From positions 22,595-86,594 of the forward strand of contig CBFGRV010000006.1 in the NCBI GenBank assembly GCA_965651265.1: DNA of 64,000 nucleotides. The letters are read 5' to 3'. Position numbers and translations under genes: made by a program. This stretch comes from an uncultured Rhodothermales bacterium (GTDB lineage Bacteria; Bacteroidota; Rhodothermia; Rhodothermales; VXPQ01). Numbering within the stretch: the first letter of the stretch is position 1; every line of letters begins with the position of its first letter. Below the pieces are notes generated by a model. That model was not told where the DNA came from and searched no databases. It saw nothing but the letters and a program-made list of their open reading frames with translations. Positions 60,903-64,000 of this stretch are shown here, piece by piece.

Positions 60903-62534
60903 ATGTCCCGCTTCGCGTCCGTGCTTCTTGTTCTTGGATCTATGCTGTCATCCGGCTGCTACACGCCGCAAGAGGATGCTCCCCTGGATGCCGATTCGCT
61001 GCTGGCAAAGTACACTACGGTCCGTCTGACGACCGATTTGAGCGCGCTGGAGCCGCACGAACGTGACATGATTCCGCTGCTCATCGCGGCCGCGCACGAG
61101 ATGGACTCCATGTTCTGGATCGAGGCCTACGGATCGCGCGATTCCCTGCTGGAGGCCATTTCCGATCCGGCCTCGAGGCGGTTTGTGGAGATTAACTACG
61201 GCCCATGGGACCGGCTAAACAACAATGCCCCATTCATAGAGGGTGTGGGCCCCAGGCCGCGAGGTGCGAACTTCTATCCAGCCGACATGACCGAAGACGA
61301 GTTCGAACGTGCGGCGGCAGAGAATCCGGGGCTCACGAGCCTGTATACCATGGTGCGGCGGGATTCATCCGGAGGCCTGCAGGCCATTCCCTATCACGAG
61401 TTCTTTGCGGATCGTGTCCAGCGAGCGTCGGATCGCCTCCGCGAGGCCGCGGAATTGGCTCGTGATCCCGGCCTGAAGCGGTACCTCCAGTTACGCGCCG
61501 ATGCCCTCCTTACGGACGACTATCACGAGAGTGATCTCGCCTGGATGGACATGAAGGACAACACCATCGAGGTGGTCATCGGCCCCATCGAGACCTACGA
61601 GGACCAGCTCTTTGGCTTCAAGGCGGCCCATGAGGCATTCGTGCTCATCAAGGATCGGGAATGGAGCAATCGCCTTTCGCGGTATGCGGAGCTGCTGCCG
61701 ATGCTCCAGGAAGGATTACCCGTGGACGATCCATACAAACAGGAGTCGCCGGGGACGGATTCCGATCTCGGAGCCTACGACGCCGTATTCTACGCCGGCG
61801 ATGCGAACGCCGGCGCGAAAACCATCGCCATCAATCTGCCGAACGACGAGCAGGTGCAGCTGGCGAAAGGTACGCGACGCCTTCAGCTGAAGAACGCGAT
61901 GCGGGCGAAGTTCGACGAGATCCTGGTGCCCATCGCCGAGCTTCTGATCGACGAGAAACAGCGGCAACATGTCACCTTCGATGCGTTCTTCGCCAACACC
62001 ATGTTCCACGAAGTCGCCCACGGGCTCGGCATCAAGAATGCGTTGGACGGCCGCGGGACGGTACGATCCGCGCTCCGCGACCACTACTCCGCGCTCGAAG
62101 AAGGCAAGGCCGACGTGCTGGGACTCTACATGGTCACCGAGCTCGCGAACCTCGGGGAGTTCGAAACGGATCTGATGGACAATTATGTGACCTTTCTGGC
62201 CGGCATCTTTCGGTCGGTGCGATTCGGCGCCTCGAGCGCGCACGGACAGGCCAATATGGTCCGGTTCAACTACTTCGCGGAGCGTGGCGCCTTCGAGCGC
62301 ACGCCGGCCGGCACCTACCGGGTCGACTTCGATGCCATGCAGGCGGCTATGCGAGACCTCTCACGTGACATCCTCGTGCTCCAGGGGGATGGCGACTACC
62401 CGGCGGTCGACGCCTTCGTCTCGAAGTACGGCACCATGGAGCCAACGCTGGAATCCGACCTCCATCGCGTCAACGAGCAGGGCATTCCCGTCGACATCGT
62501 TTTCGAGCAGGGGCTCGCCGTCCTGGGCTCTTGA
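60903..62534 (+). CDS. Peptidase M49 / dipeptidyl-peptidase III-like lipoprotein (HEXXH variant)
   Basis: Lipobox-like LSSGC, IGPIETYED, FHEVAHGLG, EEGKAD. Confidence 0.85.
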   Translation: MSRFASVLLVLGSMLSSGCYTPQEDAPLDADSLLAKYTTVRLTTDLSALEPHERDMIPLLIAAAHEMDSMFWIEAYGSRDSLLEAISDPASRRFVEINYGPWDRLNNNAPFIEGVGPRPRGANFYPADMTEDEFERAAAENPGLTSLYTMVRRDSSGGLQAIPYHEFFADRVQRASDRLREAAELARDPGLKRYLQLRADALLTDDYHESDLAWMDMKDNTIEVVIGPIETYEDQLFGFKAAHEAFVLIKDREWSNRLSRYAELLPMLQEGLPVDDPYKQESPGTDSDLGAYDAVFYAGDANAGAKTIAINLPNDEQVQLAKGTRRLQLKNAMRAKFDEILVPIAELLIDEKQRQHVTFDAFFANTMFHEVAHGLGIKNALDGRGTVRSALRDHYSALEEGKADVLGLYMVTELANLGEFETDLMDNYVTFLAGIFRSVRFGASSAHGQANMVRFNYFAERGAFERTPAGTYRVDFDAMQAAMRDLSRDILVLQGDGDYPAVDAFVSKYGTMEPTLESDLHRVNEQGIPVDIVFEQGLAVLGS

Positions 62535-62748
62535 CGATCCGGTTACACACCTCCCCGTCGCGGATAATATTACAGGTTCGTTTATCCGCATGATGGTATT
62601 CGTACGGTCGTGGCGTATACCTATCTAATCTGAAATTCCGAGTGCGCGCGACGAATCGCGCGCTACGTCCCGTTTCGGAAGAGACCCACCACGTCCCTGG
62701 CCCGATTCGGCCTCGTATCTCGCTGCTACGATTTTCCCTGACATAGTT

Positions 62749-64000
62749 ATGGCCGAGAAGTCAAAGAAGCCCAGCCGCCAGTCGACCACCCCATCGCAGA
62801 AACCGAATCGTGACGAGCATACCGGCGCGGAGGATTCCGAGAGGAAGGCGGTGCAGGCGCGCTCCGTGGCATCGGAGGACGCGTCGCGACAGGAGCATCC
62901 GACGGCGTCCAACGGCAGGATGCTGAGCATCCCCGAAGAAGACATCCGGGGACTTTTGCAGGTACTGCTCGACGTCCAGAGGGGTGAATTCTCCTCGAGA
63001 TATGTCGTCGATTCCGACGGGATCCTGGGGCGGGTGGCGGACACGCTGAACGACATCATCACCCAGAACGAGCAGCTCACGGCCGAGCTCGCGCGCGTGC
63101 GCGAGAAGGTCGGCGAGAAAGGGCGGCTCTCCGAGCGAGCGGTCATCTCCGGCTTTGGAGGCGGGTGGCGAAGTTGTGTCGAATGCGTCAACGAGCTGGT
63201 CGATGACCTCGTCCGGCCCATCACCGAAGTCGAACGCGTCATCGGAGCGGTGGCCCAGGGCGATCTATCACAGACCATCGATCTGGAGGTGGACGGCAAG
63301 CCCGTTCAGGGCGAGTTCCGGAGAACGGCCAATACCGTCAACACCATGGTGGACCGGCTCTCGAGCTTCGCCTCGGAGGTAACCCGCGTAGCCCGCGAGG
63401 TCGGCACGGAGGGGCGGCTGGGGGGACAGGCCAAGGTGAAGGGGGTCTCCGGCACGTGGAAGGACCTCACCGACAACGTGAATTCGATGGCCGACAACCT
63501 GACGACTCAGGTGCGGTCCATCGCCGAGGTGACGACCGCGGTCGCTACGGGCAATCTGACGAAGAAGATTACGGTCGATGCCAAAGGTGAGATCGCGGAG
63601 CTGAAGAACACCATCAACACGATGGTTGATCAGCTCTCGAGCTTCGCTTCCGAAGTGACCCGCGTGGCGCGCGAAGTCGGCACCGAGGGCAAACTGGGTG
63701 GCCAGGCCGAGGTCGAAGGAGTCAGCGGCACGTGGAAAGACCTCACCGACAACGTGAATTCGATGGCCGACAACCTGACAACGCAGGTGCGCGGCATCGC
63801 CGAGGTGACGACCGCTGTGGCCAACGGAGACCTCACCAAGAAGATCTCCGTCGACGCCAAGGGGGAGATCGCCGAGCTGAAGAACACCATCAACACGATG
63901 GTCGATCAGCTCTCGAGCTTTGCCTCTGAAGTCATACGGGTCGCCCGTGAGGTGGGTACCGAAGGGAAGCTGGGCGGCCAGGCCAAGGTCGAAGGCGTCT
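62749..64000 (+). CDS. Poly-HAMP hybrid histidine kinase, N-terminal part (runs off the window edge)
   Basis: Manual translation from ATG 62749; repeated [48 protein letters not shown] units typical of Nik1/Os-1-like poly-HAMP kinases. Confidence 0.9.
   Translation, partial: MAEKSKKPSRQSTTPSQKPNRDEHTGAEDSERKAVQARSVASEDASRQEHPTASNGRMLSIPEEDIRGLLQVLLDVQRGEFSSRYVVDSDGILGRVADTLNDIITQNEQLTAELARVREKVGEKGRLSERAVISGFGGGWRSCVECVNELVDDLVRPITEVERVIGAVAQGDLSQTIDLEVDGKPVQGEFRRTANTVNTMVDRLSSFASEVTRVAREVGTEGRLGGQAKVKGVSGTWKDLTDNVNSMADNLTTQVRSIAEVTTAVATGNLTKKITVDAKGEIAELKNTINTMVDQLSSFASEVTRVAREVGTEGKLGGQAEVEGVSGTWKDLTDNVNSMADNLTTQVRGIAEVTTAVANGDLTKKISVDAKGEIAELKNTINTMVDQLSSFASEVIRVAREVGTEGKLGGQAKVEGV
63358..64000 (+). 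repeat. 276-bp (92-codon) coding tandem repeat
   Basis: CTCTCGAGCTT starts at 63358, 63634 and 63910, exactly 276 nt apart. Confidence 0.9.

Overview
A high-GC bacterial chromosome segment, most likely Rhodothermota/Bacteroidota-related (inferred from the rpmB-rpmG-DUF4295 arrangement, the Bacteroidota-type omega subunit, TonB/beta-barrel proteins and TAnnTT-type promoters). It is mostly core genome: recJ, PBP1A, pgi, comEC, nusB, ychF, lolC/E, rpmB-rpmG, four tRNAs, dnaB, coaBC-rpoZ-gmk-yicC, rplM-rpsI-rpsB-tsf-pyrH-frr, dnaA-dnaN and yceD-rpmF-plsX-fabH-fabD-fabG. It ends inside a poly-HAMP histidine kinase. I saw no integrase, transposase or CRISPR array. Three signals stand out. (1) A complete-looking DnaA basal unwinding element (tandem DnaA boxes, GGCCC, DnaA-trio-like triplets, AT-rich tract) lies in the pgi-usp gap at about 16.76-16.83 kb, 35-37 kb from dnaA; the dnaA upstream region has DnaA boxes but no such element. 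(2) An uncharacterised four-gene envelope metal/redox module follows tRNA-Arg: a pseudo-symmetric HxxEH membrane protein, a YtkA/FixH-like lipoprotein with MTHPGM, a 12-Cys membrane polyferredoxin, and a membrane-anchored protein predicted to start with His after signal cleavage. (3) Two abutting heptamer arrays (15 x RRGAGAT, 17 x RGAGGKC) sit in front of an orphan comA. All product calls come from motifs recognised by eye; no database searches were run.
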